DNA of 64,000 nt from Candidatus Kaiserbacteria bacterium RIFCSPHIGHO2_01_FULL_53_29 (lineage in GTDB: Bacteria > Patescibacteriota > Minisyncoccia > Phycocordibacterales > UBA2100), in NCBI GenBank assembly GCA_001781125.1, contig MFKT01000029.1:4040-68039 (forward strand), given 5' to 3'. Below are positions 28,509 through 37,916 of this stretch, piece by piece; positions within the stretch are counted from its first letter, which is position 1, and each line of letters opens with the position of its first letter. Under the pieces are notes generated by a model. It saw only the letters and a list, made by a program, of their open reading frames with translations, was not told the DNA's origin and made no database searches. A program made the position numbers and the translations under genes.

Positions 28509-28912
28509 ATAAGTTTCGATGTTTTATATTTCTCCGGCTCGAATGCTTTGAGCCGTACGATTTTTATCTTAAGCTTTGTTCTTTCTATATCCCGCTCAAG
28601 ACGATCAACATACTCTCCTTTTTGATCGTAGCCAAGCGCGATGATATCCGGTTTCGCCTCAATGATGTGTTCGATGTATCCCTCCTCCTGCCCCAAGACC
28701 ACTTCGTCGACGAGCGTATTGCGCTCGAGCAGCGCTCTGCGCTCGCGCTCATTGCGCCGCGAGTGCTCTCCCTTGATGCGCTTGACCACCGCATCGCGCG
28801 CAATCGAAACGATCAGATGTGGTTTCTTGGCAAGCGATCGCGCTTGTCGGAAAAAATCCACATGCCCGATGTGGACCATGTCGAACGTCCCGAAGACCAT
28901 AATGCGAGTCAT
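28505..28912 (-). CDS. cytidylyltransferase-fold nucleotidyltransferase, RibL-like FMN adenylyltransferase
   Basis: [10 protein letters not shown] HxGH motif, ...KGEHSRRNE...GYDQ pattern close to archaeal RibL. Confidence 0.6.
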   Translation of the reverse strand: MTRIMVFGTFDMVHIGHVDFFRQARSLAKKPHLIVSIARDAVVKRIKGEHSRRNERERRALLERNTLVDEVVLGQEEGYIEHIIEAKPDIIALGYDQKGEYVDRLERDIERTKLKIKIVRLKAFEPEKYKTSKLI

Positions 28913-28949
28913 ACGTCTTACTTTGTACTATAGTACGGGTATTGGAGCT

Positions 28950-29735
28950 ATGAACAACAGACGGGGAAACGCCGTGTTCTTCACCCTCCCTGAGATTTGG
29001 GACCTCTGCCTTGATAAAATTTATAATAAACCCAAATATATCCAGGGCTTTATTGATGCGTTGAAACAATACGGCATCACTTCCGAGTCGAAGATTCTCG
29101 ACGCAGGGTGCGGATCCGGATTCCCCGCGCTCGACCTTATCGAGCGAGGCTATCATGTCGTTGCGGCTGACAAAAGCAGTGAAATGGTCCGCCAGATCGG
29201 ACTCAATGCAAAAAAACGCGGGCTGGAGGTTCAGGCAATCCACGCAACATGGTCAGAACTTCAGAGATTTGTAGGACAAGGAGAATTCGATCTCGTATAT
29301 TGCCGCGGCAACTCCCTTGTGTATGCTGCCTCATGGGAACAGAATTGGATTGTGCCTGCCCGATCGATGGAAGAGATCCAGACTGCGCTTCGCAATTTTC
29401 ATTCTGTCCTTAAACCCGGAGGAGTCTTATACCTCGACGTCACCAACAAAAAAGAGAAGCCTCACGTGGAAAACATCGGCACTATCGCGACACGACACGG
29501 TGACGCGCGGCTTACCTGGCAGATTGAACACAATGTCGTGACCAAGGTTCGCACCTGGACCATGCGGCTGATCTTTCTCGAAACCGGCGACGTCAAAACC
29601 TATCCATCCTATAGCTATCTTCTGAGCCACGAAGAGTTGATAGAATGCCTGACAAAAATCGGGTTTTCAAAAGTAAGATTGGAGGTCAAGGTGAAAGGCG
29701 AAAACAATTACGACGTATTCATCGCGAGGAAATAA
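28950..29735 (+). CDS. class I SAM-dependent methyltransferase
   Basis: ILDAGCGSGFPALDL motif I, VAADKSSEM motif II; ORF 28641..29735 trimmed to MNNRRG. Confidence 0.7.
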   Translation: MNNRRGNAVFFTLPEIWDLCLDKIYNKPKYIQGFIDALKQYGITSESKILDAGCGSGFPALDLIERGYHVVAADKSSEMVRQIGLNAKKRGLEVQAIHATWSELQRFVGQGEFDLVYCRGNSLVYAASWEQNWIVPARSMEEIQTALRNFHSVLKPGGVLYLDVTNKKEKPHVENIGTIATRHGDARLTWQIEHNVVTKVRTWTMRLIFLETGDVKTYPSYSYLLSHEELIECLTKIGFSKVRLEVKVKGENNYDVFIARK

Positions 29736-29914
29736 GTGCCCGGACGCCACCACGCGCTACGCGTCCCAGGTTTTTTATGTCCTGGCGGCGGGGAGCTCGA
29801 TGATTTTTTTCTGGTTCACGCGGCTCACCATCACACCATCAACAGGGCGAAGAGGAGGAGTGCGATGCCGGGCCATGGTACTGCGCCGACCCGTCGCACC
29901 ATGGAGCTAATCTT

Positions 29915-30664
29915 TTACGCAGAGCGTAGCTGACCCTTGAGCGCCTCGTTCTCCTCCTTTACTCCGATTACTTCAGTATTTTTCCCCGCAATTGCCACTT
30001 CAAGATCTCGTTTCACCTTTTCAAGTTCAGCAGTTCTTTCTTCCAGGCCCTTTTGCGCCGTCCTGAGTGAGACGATAGATTTCCGTGCTATCTCACACAA
30101 TACCGTGGCAAACACAGCAGCCACAAGAATTGGCACAGAATGGGCGATGACAGAAAAATCATTTCGCCCATAGAAGTATACCCACCCCGGCTCAATATAA
30201 TTCAGGATACCGTGGTGAAGAACCGTAACACCAGCTACGACCCAACCAAGCCGCCAGTCGGCGAAAACCATAAGAAGTGCGATGATGATAAAAAAGTGAA
30301 AGTGCATCTCAATGGAGCCGCCGCTGATGAAAACAAACAAGTAGGAATAGATCGAGAGCGCCACAGTCACCGTAAGCCTCCACAAATAGTGATTTTGTAT
30401 CGTACCGGCCAGAAATGCGGGAACGAGCGTGACCGCAAGTGCGATCAACACCGTAGCAACTGCTTCGGGGATGCTGACGACCCGCCATGCAAGCGGACTC
30501 GGATAAAAAGAGGCGAGCTTTATTATGGAATTTGTGAACGCGAGAAGCGAAAAGACGGCAAAGTGACCCCAGAGCACTTTCAGTATGAAGCGATCCGTCG
30601 CCTCATAGTTGAACGCCGCCTCATATCCCCTATTAATGTCAGAAATGAAATCTATACGCATCAT
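29915..30664 (-). CDS. hypothetical membrane protein with C-terminal coiled coil
   Basis: 6 TM helices then ELEKVKRDLE...ALKGQL coiled coil; ORF 29915..30976 trimmed to Met pair before first TM. Confidence 0.4.
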   Translation of the reverse strand: MMRIDFISDINRGYEAAFNYEATDRFILKVLWGHFAVFSLLAFTNSIIKLASFYPSPLAWRVVSIPEAVATVLIALAVTLVPAFLAGTIQNHYLWRLTVTVALSIYSYLFVFISGGSIEMHFHFFIIIALLMVFADWRLGWVVAGVTVLHHGILNYIEPGWVYFYGRNDFSVIAHSVPILVAAVFATVLCEIARKSIVSLRTAQKGLEERTAELEKVKRDLEVAIAGKNTEVIGVKEENEALKGQLRSA

Positions 30665-30721
30665 TACCAGTGTAACACCACGCTTCGGTACGCAACATTT
30701 CGTACGGTATAGTGAAAGCGT

Positions 30722-31168
30722 ATGACGATCGATATGAAAAATTCCCTTCTCCTTACTGCTGTCCTGTTTCTCGTCATTACGATCGGCCTCTATGTTCCTT
30801 ACCAAAGAAACCAGAGTGTAGACATCGGAATTGAGGCGACTTCCACTATTGACCATCTGACCATCCTCTACACAAACGGCGGATTCGAGCCGCAAAGCCC
30901 AAGGATCCCTGTCGGCACAACGGTTGAATGGATCAATGTATCGGAAAAGCCGCTGTGGGTCGCTTCGGATCCGCACCCATCACACACGAATCTCCCTGGA
31001 TTTGATCAAAAAGGGATCGAGAGCTCTCCAGACATCTCTCTCTATCTCGTGCCCGCACATGCGCATACACGAGCATCGACCTATCTCTACACATTTAAGG
31101 CTTCTGGTCAATGGAAATATCACAACCACCTCGTACCGACCGATCGCGCGCTCATCATTGTGGATTGA
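30722..31168 (+). CDS. secreted cupredoxin-like fold protein (no Cys ligand)
   Basis: signal anchor; VGTTVEWINVSEKPLWVASDPHPSH...YHNHL resembles Cupredoxin_1 domain; His-rich. Confidence 0.45.
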   Translation: MTIDMKNSLLLTAVLFLVITIGLYVPYQRNQSVDIGIEATSTIDHLTILYTNGGFEPQSPRIPVGTTVEWINVSEKPLWVASDPHPSHTNLPGFDQKGIESSPDISLYLVPAHAHTRASTYLYTFKASGQWKYHNHLVPTDRALIIVD

Positions 31169-31231
31169 GTGCCAGAGTGATGTGTGAACTGCAGGTATTG
31201 CGTAGTAAAAGTAGTCTATACTGTGGAGAAT

Positions 31232-31879
31232 ATGAACATTGATACGCGTCTCGTCGCCTTAGTGGTCCTCGTCCTCGGTATTGTTGGGTTTGGCACCTAC
31301 CTGTGGATATCGCCATCCCCATCCGCAACGACCAGTGCTCTACCCACGACACAGCCCCGAATAGAACTCTCTCCCGAAGTTGAAGCCGTTCTCGCACAAA
31401 AAATGGCAATACTTGAGGGGCTCTCGCGTGAAAATGTCGTTCTCGCTGACGTCATGATCTCAAACAACAATAACCGTGCTCTCGCACAAACAGATATCAA
31501 ACGCCTCGACGACGAGTGGCAAACATCCGAGGGGGTCACTCCATTTATCCAGCAATTCCTGTCCAATGATTCCGCCAGACGCCTTCTCGCTTTCCAGAAG
31601 GAGTACCCTGGATTCAAAGAGATCTTCGTCACCGATATGTATGGCTTAAATGTAAGCCAGACCGACAAGACGAGTGATTACTATCAGGCAGACGAAGCGT
31701 GGTGGCAAAACAGCTTCAATGGCGGGGCGGGGGAAAAACTCCACGGTCAAATCGAGTTCGACGAAAGTTCACAGACAGAGGCCATATCGCTGTATGTTCC
31801 TATCATCGACACCTCCTCAAAAGCAATCGGCGTATTAAAAGGCGTTCTCGACCTGGCTGTTATTAAACGCGAGCTCTAG
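31232..31879 (+). CDS. membrane-anchored periplasmic sensor (Cache/PDC-like) domain protein
   Basis: TM anchor then ~190 aa domain with Cache-like pattern (FVTDMYGLNVSQTDKTSDYYQADEAWW). Confidence 0.5.
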   Translation: MNIDTRLVALVVLVLGIVGFGTYLWISPSPSATTSALPTTQPRIELSPEVEAVLAQKMAILEGLSRENVVLADVMISNNNNRALAQTDIKRLDDEWQTSEGVTPFIQQFLSNDSARRLLAFQKEYPGFKEIFVTDMYGLNVSQTDKTSDYYQADEAWWQNSFNGGAGEKLHGQIEFDESSQTEAISLYVPIIDTSSKAIGVLKGVLDLAVIKREL

Positions 31880-31892
31880 CGCGTATATTTTT

Positions 31893-33686
31893 GTGGAGAA
31901 TTTTACTCGAACCACACTTGGATTCTCGAGTATACAGCAAAAGCTACTTCTCGTGTTGGTCGTAATCGCTGCGTTTCCCCTTATTCTTGCCGGTACCTCG
32001 ATCCTCGGTATCGAACGCATCGCACAAAATTCCGATGTCATCGTCGAGAGGGAAATGCCACTCTTGCGTAGCATTCAGGAAGCGCTGAGTGCGATGGTAA
32101 GTGGTCAGTCCAGTGCGGAAAGAATCCTCGACGTCGAAGAGTTTGAAATGCTCGCCGATGCTGCGCAAGAAAAAACGACGTTTCAAGAGTCGATTGTACG
32201 TTTCCAGATGTTTTTGGCGGCAATCACATGGGGCAGTGAGAGCGAGGCATTCAGGCATTCGGCGGAAGGAAAAAACTATGCTGCATGGACGGCAGCTGGC
32301 CTCAAGGACGCACTGGTCGTGCAGGGCTCGTCACCTGAAGAAATTGAGCTCGCGGGACGAACGAGCATCTACTATGAAGGATTCGTCAACAACACACTTC
32401 GCGCGATCGACACGCGCGAAGAATACCTCACTCTAAAAAAAGCCGGTCAGGTCAAAGAAGCCGAGCTCGCGAAGGCGGCCTCAAAAGAATACGTCGAAAA
32501 AGCGCGCCATTTTGCGGACTTGAGTTCGGCACACTTGGCCGAGATGACGCAGCGGTCGAATGAAACAGCACAGGAGAGCGGCAAAATTCTTAAAACGACT
32601 GAGGGTGATGTTTGGTCTGCGACCATCTTCGTACTGATGACCGGTCTCTTCATATCAGCGATCGTCAGCGTACTCTTCATTCAGCGCATTATCATTCGTC
32701 CTATCAGCGCACTGGCGGCGACCGCAGAGAGTTTTGGTGCAGGTAAGCTTGATACCCGCGCGACATACTTCGCAAAAGACGAGATAGGGCTTCTTGGTGT
32801 CGCATTCAACGAGATGGCCGCACACCTTGCCGAATATACCGGGCGTCTTGAGAAAGAAGTCGCCGCACGCACAAAGGACCTCCAAGACAAACTTCAGGAA
32901 CTCGACCGTGGCAACGAACTCTTAAAGAAGCGCGAGGGAGAGCTCACGCTCGCAAACGAGCGCCTCACGGGACTCGACAAGGCGAAGTCCGAATTCATTT
33001 CGGTCGCCGCGCACCAGCTGCGCACACCGCTCTCGGCAATCAAATGGACCCTCTCGCTTCTCATCGATGAGAACACCGAGAACCTCTCTGCCGAGCAGAA
33101 GAGCCTTCTCATGAAAGGATACGAAAGCAACGAACGCATCATCAACCTCATCAATGAAATGCTCGTGGTGACACGCATCGAATCCGGAAAAATACAATTT
33201 AAGCTCTCTCCTCTGCACCTTGAAGATATGGTCGAGAGCGTGCTTCTGGATTTCTCCGGCCAAGCGCATGTGCGGCGCATGGCGCTTACATTCAAGCGGC
33301 CGAGCCCGCAATCGCCCTATGTGAACGCCGATCCGGATATGATGCGCTCCGTGATACAAAATCTCGTGGAAAATGCGATGCGCTACACGCCGGATGGCGG
33401 CACGATCGCGCTTTCCGTCACCTCTTCCCCGACCGAGGTGCAGGTAGCTATCACCGACAGCGGTATCGGCATTCCCCTGCAGCAGCAATCGGGCATTTTC
33501 AACAAATTTTTCCGAGCTGATAACGCCACCAAATTCCGCACCGACGGCTCGGGTCTCGGCCTCTATATCGTTAAAAGCTTTGTGGAAAAACACGGGGGAA
33601 GGATCTGGTTTGAGAGCGTCGAGAACAAAGGAACCAGCTTTTTCTTCACGGTCCCCCCTTCACCGGTTGTCCCTCAATCTGCATAG
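31893..33686 (+). CDS. sensor histidine kinase (TM-sensor-HAMP-HisKA-HATPase)
   Basis: two TM, HAMP, H-box VAAHQLRTPLSAI, N/G1/G2 boxes (NAMRYTP, DSGIGIP, GSGLGL). Confidence 0.85.
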   Translation: MENFTRTTLGFSSIQQKLLLVLVVIAAFPLILAGTSILGIERIAQNSDVIVEREMPLLRSIQEALSAMVSGQSSAERILDVEEFEMLADAAQEKTTFQESIVRFQMFLAAITWGSESEAFRHSAEGKNYAAWTAAGLKDALVVQGSSPEEIELAGRTSIYYEGFVNNTLRAIDTREEYLTLKKAGQVKEAELAKAASKEYVEKARHFADLSSAHLAEMTQRSNETAQESGKILKTTEGDVWSATIFVLMTGLFISAIVSVLFIQRIIIRPISALAATAESFGAGKLDTRATYFAKDEIGLLGVAFNEMAAHLAEYTGRLEKEVAARTKDLQDKLQELDRGNELLKKREGELTLANERLTGLDKAKSEFISVAAHQLRTPLSAIKWTLSLLIDENTENLSAEQKSLLMKGYESNERIINLINEMLVVTRIESGKIQFKLSPLHLEDMVESVLLDFSGQAHVRRMALTFKRPSPQSPYVNADPDMMRSVIQNLVENAMRYTPDGGTIALSVTSSPTEVQVAITDSGIGIPLQQQSGIFNKFFRADNATKFRTDGSGLGLYIVKSFVEKHGGRIWFESVENKGTSFFFTVPPSPVVPQSA

Positions 33687-33721
33687 ACGGCTCCTTTTTC
33701 CGGCGTAGAATACCCATACTA

Positions 33722-34534
33722 GTGTCTATGGCGCAAAAACAAAAGATCCTGCTTCTGGAAGATGAACAAGTGCTGGGCGAGATCCTCCTCAACAAGCTCA
33801 TGAGCAGCGGATACGATGCGTCATGGGAAATGGACGGAGAGAGCGGCATCCAGAAAATGCGCGCCATGAAGCCCGACCTCGTGCTTCTCGATATCGTCAT
33901 GCCCAAGAAAGACGGCTATGAGGTATTGGAGGAAATGCACAAAGATGCGGAGCTAAAGAAGATCCCTGTTGTCGTTATCTCAAATTCAGGACAACCCGTC
34001 GAGATCAGCCGCATTCTCGAGCTGGGCGCAAAAGATTACATCATCAAGGCGCAATTCAGCCCTGACGAGGTGTTGGAAAAAATACAGAAATTCATCGGCA
34101 AAGCGGCGGAATCGGACGACGCGAGTGTGGTGGATCCGCAGACAAAACAGGAAGGGAAGGTCTGGATAGTAGAAGACGACCAATTTCTCTCCACTCTTTC
34201 TTCCACACGCCTCGCAAAAGAAGGCTACGCGATAAAGACTGCGACCGACGGTGCACAGGCGCTCAAACTATTGGATACGGAAATCCCTGACCTGGTCCTC
34301 CTCGACGTGATGATGCCGGGTATGAACGGGTTCGATGTATTGAAAGCAATGCGAGCAGATCCCCGGTGTAAGGACGTCATTATCGTAATGTTCTCGAATC
34401 TTGGTCAGGAACATGAGATCGAAGAAGCGCGAAAGAACGGCGCGGATGATTTTCTGGTAAAAGCAAAATTCACGTTGCCCGAAGTTGTCGAAAGAGTGAA
34501 CGCCATGATCGCCAAAAAGAGACGTAAGTCCTGA
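33722..34534 (+). CDS. response regulator with two tandem receiver domains and no output domain
   Basis: two REC units each with DD..D phospho-acceptor (LLDIVMP; LLDVMMP) and K pocket. Confidence 0.8.
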   Translation: MSMAQKQKILLLEDEQVLGEILLNKLMSSGYDASWEMDGESGIQKMRAMKPDLVLLDIVMPKKDGYEVLEEMHKDAELKKIPVVVISNSGQPVEISRILELGAKDYIIKAQFSPDEVLEKIQKFIGKAAESDDASVVDPQTKQEGKVWIVEDDQFLSTLSSTRLAKEGYAIKTATDGAQALKLLDTEIPDLVLLDVMMPGMNGFDVLKAMRADPRCKDVIIVMFSNLGQEHEIEEARKNGADDFLVKAKFTLPEVVERVNAMIAKKRRKS

Positions 34535-35497
34535 CTACCGGGCTTGTGTACTTTCTCCCTCCTCACGGTTCACACGAGAGAGCATGAGCATGGCAAAAAG
34601 AAGAAGCGCGGTGCCGAGCCACTGGCCGGCGACAAGTCCTAAGAACGCTCCGGGAACGGGGGTACCTTGAATGAAATATGCATTCACGAATACGGCGGCG
34701 AGCGGAAAACCGAGCTCGGCGATGGTTGCGATAGATGCTTTCGTGTACTGCAGACCGTAATAGTAGATAAAAAGAGAAACGACACCGGAAGTAATGGCGA
34801 TAATGCCAATGAAAAGCCAGTCGGTCGATGTGAGCGTGCCTGTCACCGGGAACGAATGTTGTGCGGTCGTAAGAATTGCCAAGAATACGAAAGCGCCGAC
34901 GAATCGGAGACTCGTCATCATTTGGAAAGAAACTTTACGCAATACGAATTTGCCGAACACAGTGGAGGCTCCCCAGAGAACCGCGGCCGTGAGCGCGAGG
35001 AGCGCTCCAACAGTATTGGGATTGAACGCCTCGCCTTCGTAGAGCTGCGGCACGAGATTGGGGAAGCTCACAAGGTAGGCACCGAAAAGCGCCGTGGCCG
35101 TCCACACCCAAAAATTCTTGCTCAAGCGCTCGCCGAGAAAAAACCACGCGAGCGCGATAGCGATAAGGGGCTGCACTTTTTGCAAAAGAATTGAGACCGA
35201 CGGATTCACGTAGTGGAACGATTGGGTGAACGCGACAGAAGCAAGTGCCGAGCCGCCGACCGCGATGAAGACGACGGCGAGCCATTCACGCCTTGTGAGA
35301 TTCCGAAGCTCACGCCAACCCCACACGAGTATCGGTAAGGCTATCAGGAGGTCCACCGCGTGCTCGGCAAGCACAATGAAATTCGACGAGAGCGTTTGCG
35401 TGAGATGTACGCGGAACGGTGCATCGGTCGCCCAGAGAGCCGCAGCGATAAAGACGAGAGAGGGGCCGAAGATAGTAATGGAGCGCTGGGGGCTCAT
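34535..35497 (-). CDS. DMT/EamA family transporter
   Basis: 10 TM, duplicated EamA-like halves. Confidence 0.65.
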   Translation of the reverse strand: MSPQRSITIFGPSLVFIAAALWATDAPFRVHLTQTLSSNFIVLAEHAVDLLIALPILVWGWRELRNLTRREWLAVVFIAVGGSALASVAFTQSFHYVNPSVSILLQKVQPLIAIALAWFFLGERLSKNFWVWTATALFGAYLVSFPNLVPQLYEGEAFNPNTVGALLALTAAVLWGASTVFGKFVLRKVSFQMMTSLRFVGAFVFLAILTTAQHSFPVTGTLTSTDWLFIGIIAITSGVVSLFIYYYGLQYTKASIATIAELGFPLAAVFVNAYFIQGTPVPGAFLGLVAGQWLGTALLLFAMLMLSRVNREEGESTQAR

Positions 35498-35841
35498 AAC
35501 AGATGTGCGAAGTATTCTCGCACAGAAGTAACATCATGCGCAATCGCCTCGCGTAATACCTTGTCGTTCCCAAACTTTTTGGCCTCCCGTATCTTTTTCA
35601 ATAACTCTATGGTCACGTTCCACCCATACAAATCTCTCGAAAAATCCAGCAGGTGTGCTTCGAGAACTTTTCTTTTTTGATCGGCATACGCTGCAGCTTC
35701 GTATTCTTCCTCGCCCACTTTTACACGCGCGGCATAAATCCCTGACACATTCGCGTCGTCGAGCGGAATATTTATTGTGGGAAATCCGAGCGCCGTCCCG
35801 CGCTTCGAGCCCTTTTGAACAATTCCTTTGTACGTTTGCAT
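35494..35841 (-). CDS. riboflavin kinase (monofunctional, RibF C-terminal-type)
   Basis: GFPTINI flavokinase motif; ORF 35494..35985 trimmed (upstream codons are antisense of tRNA-Ser). Confidence 0.65.
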   Translation of the reverse strand: MQTYKGIVQKGSKRGTALGFPTINIPLDDANVSGIYAARVKVGEEEYEAAAYADQKRKVLEAHLLDFSRDLYGWNVTIELLKKIREAKKFGNDKVLREAIAHDVTSVREYFAHLL

Positions 35842-35914
35842 ATTGTATATTTCCCGCTTTCGCTCGTCTTGTCGGACCTCGTCACGACGAAGCCGAGCTA
35901 CAGCGAGGCGAAGT

Positions 35915-35999
35915 CGGAGGGGGTGAGATTCGAACTCACGAGACCTTGCGGTCTGGCGCATTTCAAGTGCGCTGGAATGAACCACTATCCGACCCCTCC
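35915..35999 (-). tRNA. tRNA-Ser (TGA)
   Basis: class II tRNA, acceptor GGAGGGG/CCCCTCC, anticodon loop CTTGAAA, long variable arm, G73. Confidence 0.8.
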
Positions 36000-36490
36000 C
36001 TCTGATTGTTCAGACTACCACTAAGCCAACTATTTTCTAAATAGTGTTCCTCGTAATGACAGTTCGGACAAATCAGTTCCAGATTTTCTAACGCATTATT
36101 GTTCCGGTTTCTATCCCTATGATGCACATGCAATATTTCGACTTTCTTATACCCGCATCGTTCGCACTTTGTCCCCCGCTGATCGATTAAACGAATTTTC
36201 AAGGCTCGCTGACTTTTAACTTTATCTTTTGATGGCCTGCCCAGCTTATATTTGATACCCACCCTATATTTGTTCGCGCAGCTTCTACTGCACGTCCCTG
36301 CGTTTTTATTGGCAAGAATTGGGATACCACACACAGCACACGGGGTTTCCTTTCTCGATGAAATCCCGTAACAAAGCATGCTACAAAATGCCCGTCCCTT
36401 GCTGGCCTGAAGTTGAATAGGTCTTCTGTAAACAGACTTATTACAGACAGCGCAGTTCACATTCGGCTTTCTTGTGTAGGACTCAGACAC
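35963..36490 (-). CDS. HNH endonuclease with Cys-rich N-terminal region (paralog of 22483..22989)
   Basis: HHRDRNRNNNALENLELICPNCH HNH motif, CxxC pairs; 3' end overlaps tRNA-Ser 5' half by ~37 nt. Confidence 0.65.
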   Translation of the reverse strand: MSESYTRKPNVNCAVCNKSVYRRPIQLQASKGRAFCSMLCYGISSRKETPCAVCGIPILANKNAGTCSRSCANKYRVGIKYKLGRPSKDKVKSQRALKIRLIDQRGTKCERCGYKKVEILHVHHRDRNRNNNALENLELICPNCHYEEHYLENSWLSGSLNNQREGSDSGSFQRT

Positions 36491-36528
36491 TCATCCAGTA
36501 TACCACTTGAGATGTGCACACCCACCCC

Positions 36529-36556
36529 TTGAGCGCTTCATGATGCAAGTTACAAT
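36529..36556 (+). promoter_or_regulatory. candidate promoter TTGAGC-16-TACAAT immediately upstream of pilin ATG
   Basis: -10 ends 8 nt before ATG 36565, implying near-leaderless transcript. Confidence 0.3.
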
Positions 36557-36564
36557 GCCAGCAT

Positions 36565-36981
36565 ATGAAAAAACTCACCAAGAGGGGTTTTACCCTTATC
36601 GAATTACTCGTTGTTATCGCTATTATTGGGATTCTTGCGTCGATCGTGCTCGCCTCGCTCAACACAGCTCGTGTAAAAGCCCGCGACGCGCGGCGCCTTG
36701 CTGACGTAGATGCGATCAAGAAAGCTCTCGCCCTCTACAACAACGACAATAATGTCTATCCGGTGTTTGCGGCGAGCACAACCATCACGGGAGCAGATGC
36801 CGTCTCAACGGCACTCGTCGAAGCTGGTTCTATCTCCACGGTACCGTCAGATCCGCAGGGGGGAACGAATACATACCACTACAAGAGCGATGCCACAGGA
36901 GGCACTTACTGGATCGGATTCTGTATGGAGAATGCCAATAATAACCACGTACAGGGCTGCAACAACTTCACTACTCCGTAA
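36565..36981 (+). CDS. type IV pilin / pseudopilin with prepilin N-methylation site
   Basis: KRGFTLIELLVVIAIIGILASIVL class III signal, Cys pair near C-terminus. Confidence 0.8.
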   Translation: MKKLTKRGFTLIELLVVIAIIGILASIVLASLNTARVKARDARRLADVDAIKKALALYNNDNNVYPVFAASTTITGADAVSTALVEAGSISTVPSDPQGGTNTYHYKSDATGGTYWIGFCMENANNNHVQGCNNFTTP

Positions 36982-37064
36982 CGGCAAGCGTGAAAGCCCC
37001 TCTACCGCGTTTAGCCGCGGTGGAGGAGCTTTCGTTTCCGAGCTGATGTTACAATGGGAGCGTT

Positions 37065-37535
37065 ATGCCCCCACAGAGAGTGGTCTTGCGCTGGAGCGCG
37101 TATGAACACGAGCATATCGAGCGCGGGAGCGATTGGTTTTGGGCTCTTGGCATCGTGGCCATCTCAGCCGCTCTCACGAGCATACTTTTCCACGACGTGC
37201 TCTTCGCGGTACTGATACTCATTGCCGCAACAGTGCTGGGCATGCTCGCCAATGCGCCACCGGATCTTATGCGGTTCGAGATCTCCGACCGCGGCATACG
37301 CGTCGGCGATACCATGCATCGTTTTGAGGAGGTCATTTCGTTTTGGGTGGAAGAGGAAGGGCACGAGCGACCGCTCCTTCTGGTAGACACCACCAAATTC
37401 ATGGCACCGAATCTGATCATTCCTCTTGAGAACATCGACCCGCATGTGGTGCGAACCTATCTGCGCGCTCACACCGACGAAGTCCCGATGAAAGAACCGG
37501 TCGCACATAAGATTTTAGAGTTCTTCGGACTCTAA
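37065..37535 (+). CDS. hypothetical membrane protein
   Basis: two TM helices then soluble domain; no motif. Confidence 0.45.
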   Translation: MPPQRVVLRWSAYEHEHIERGSDWFWALGIVAISAALTSILFHDVLFAVLILIAATVLGMLANAPPDLMRFEISDRGIRVGDTMHRFEEVISFWVEEEGHERPLLLVDTTKFMAPNLIIPLENIDPHVVRTYLRAHTDEVPMKEPVAHKILEFFGL

Positions 37536-37537
37536 AA

Positions 37538-37572
37538 TAGCTACTAGCCACTAGGGTTTAGCCACTAGTGAA
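37538..37572. repeat. left arm of imperfect inverted repeat (TAGCCACTAG x2)
   Basis: tagctactagccactagggtttagccactagtgaa; same arm recurs at 50719..50750. Confidence 0.7.
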
Positions 37573-37910
37573 GAGAGTAATTTGTTCAGCATTCGCATCG
37601 TCTCATTCAATAGACCAGCCGTTTTCGAGACTTCAACGCGGCTTACAAATTGTAACTTCTCGGCAAGTATTAGATGGGTCTCCAATTCCGCACCGGAACC
37701 GAACGCTACCCTTAGAAATTGCACATACTCTGCACGATGCTTGCGTGCAAAACCTTCGGCAATGTTTGCGGGAATCGAGACCGCAGCTCGCCGCATCTGA
37801 CTTATAAGTCCGAACATTTCTTCTTTTGGGAATTTTCGCGTGAGTCGATACACTTCAGCAACAAGTTCTACGCCACGTTGCCATACAATTAAATCTTGGT
37901 ATGACTGCAT
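37551..37910 (-). CDS. four-helix-bundle protein of the 23S rRNA intervening-sequence protein family (PF05635/TIGR02436-like)
   Basis: MQSYQDLIVWQRGVELVAEVYRLTRKFPKEE...IAEGFARK...AFGSGAELETHLILA signature; C-terminus LVAKP-stop encoded by the left repeat arm. Confidence 0.8.
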   Translation of the reverse strand: MQSYQDLIVWQRGVELVAEVYRLTRKFPKEEMFGLISQMRRAAVSIPANIAEGFARKHRAEYVQFLRVAFGSGAELETHLILAEKLQFVSRVEVSKTAGLLNETMRMLNKLLSSLVAKP

Positions 37911-37916
37911 TTTCCA

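Noticed and set aside
28641-28949. N-terminal 103 codons of ORF 28641..29735
   Set aside because: They are antisense to the RibL-like gene with Ser/Arg/Cys-rich composition; the methyltransferase starts at MNNRRG (28950).
35842-35985. N-terminal extension of the riboflavin kinase ORF and the plus-strand ORF 35815..36024 (GVRFELTRP)
   Set aside because: Both overlap tRNA-Ser; their amino acid strings are typical tRNA-gene translations.
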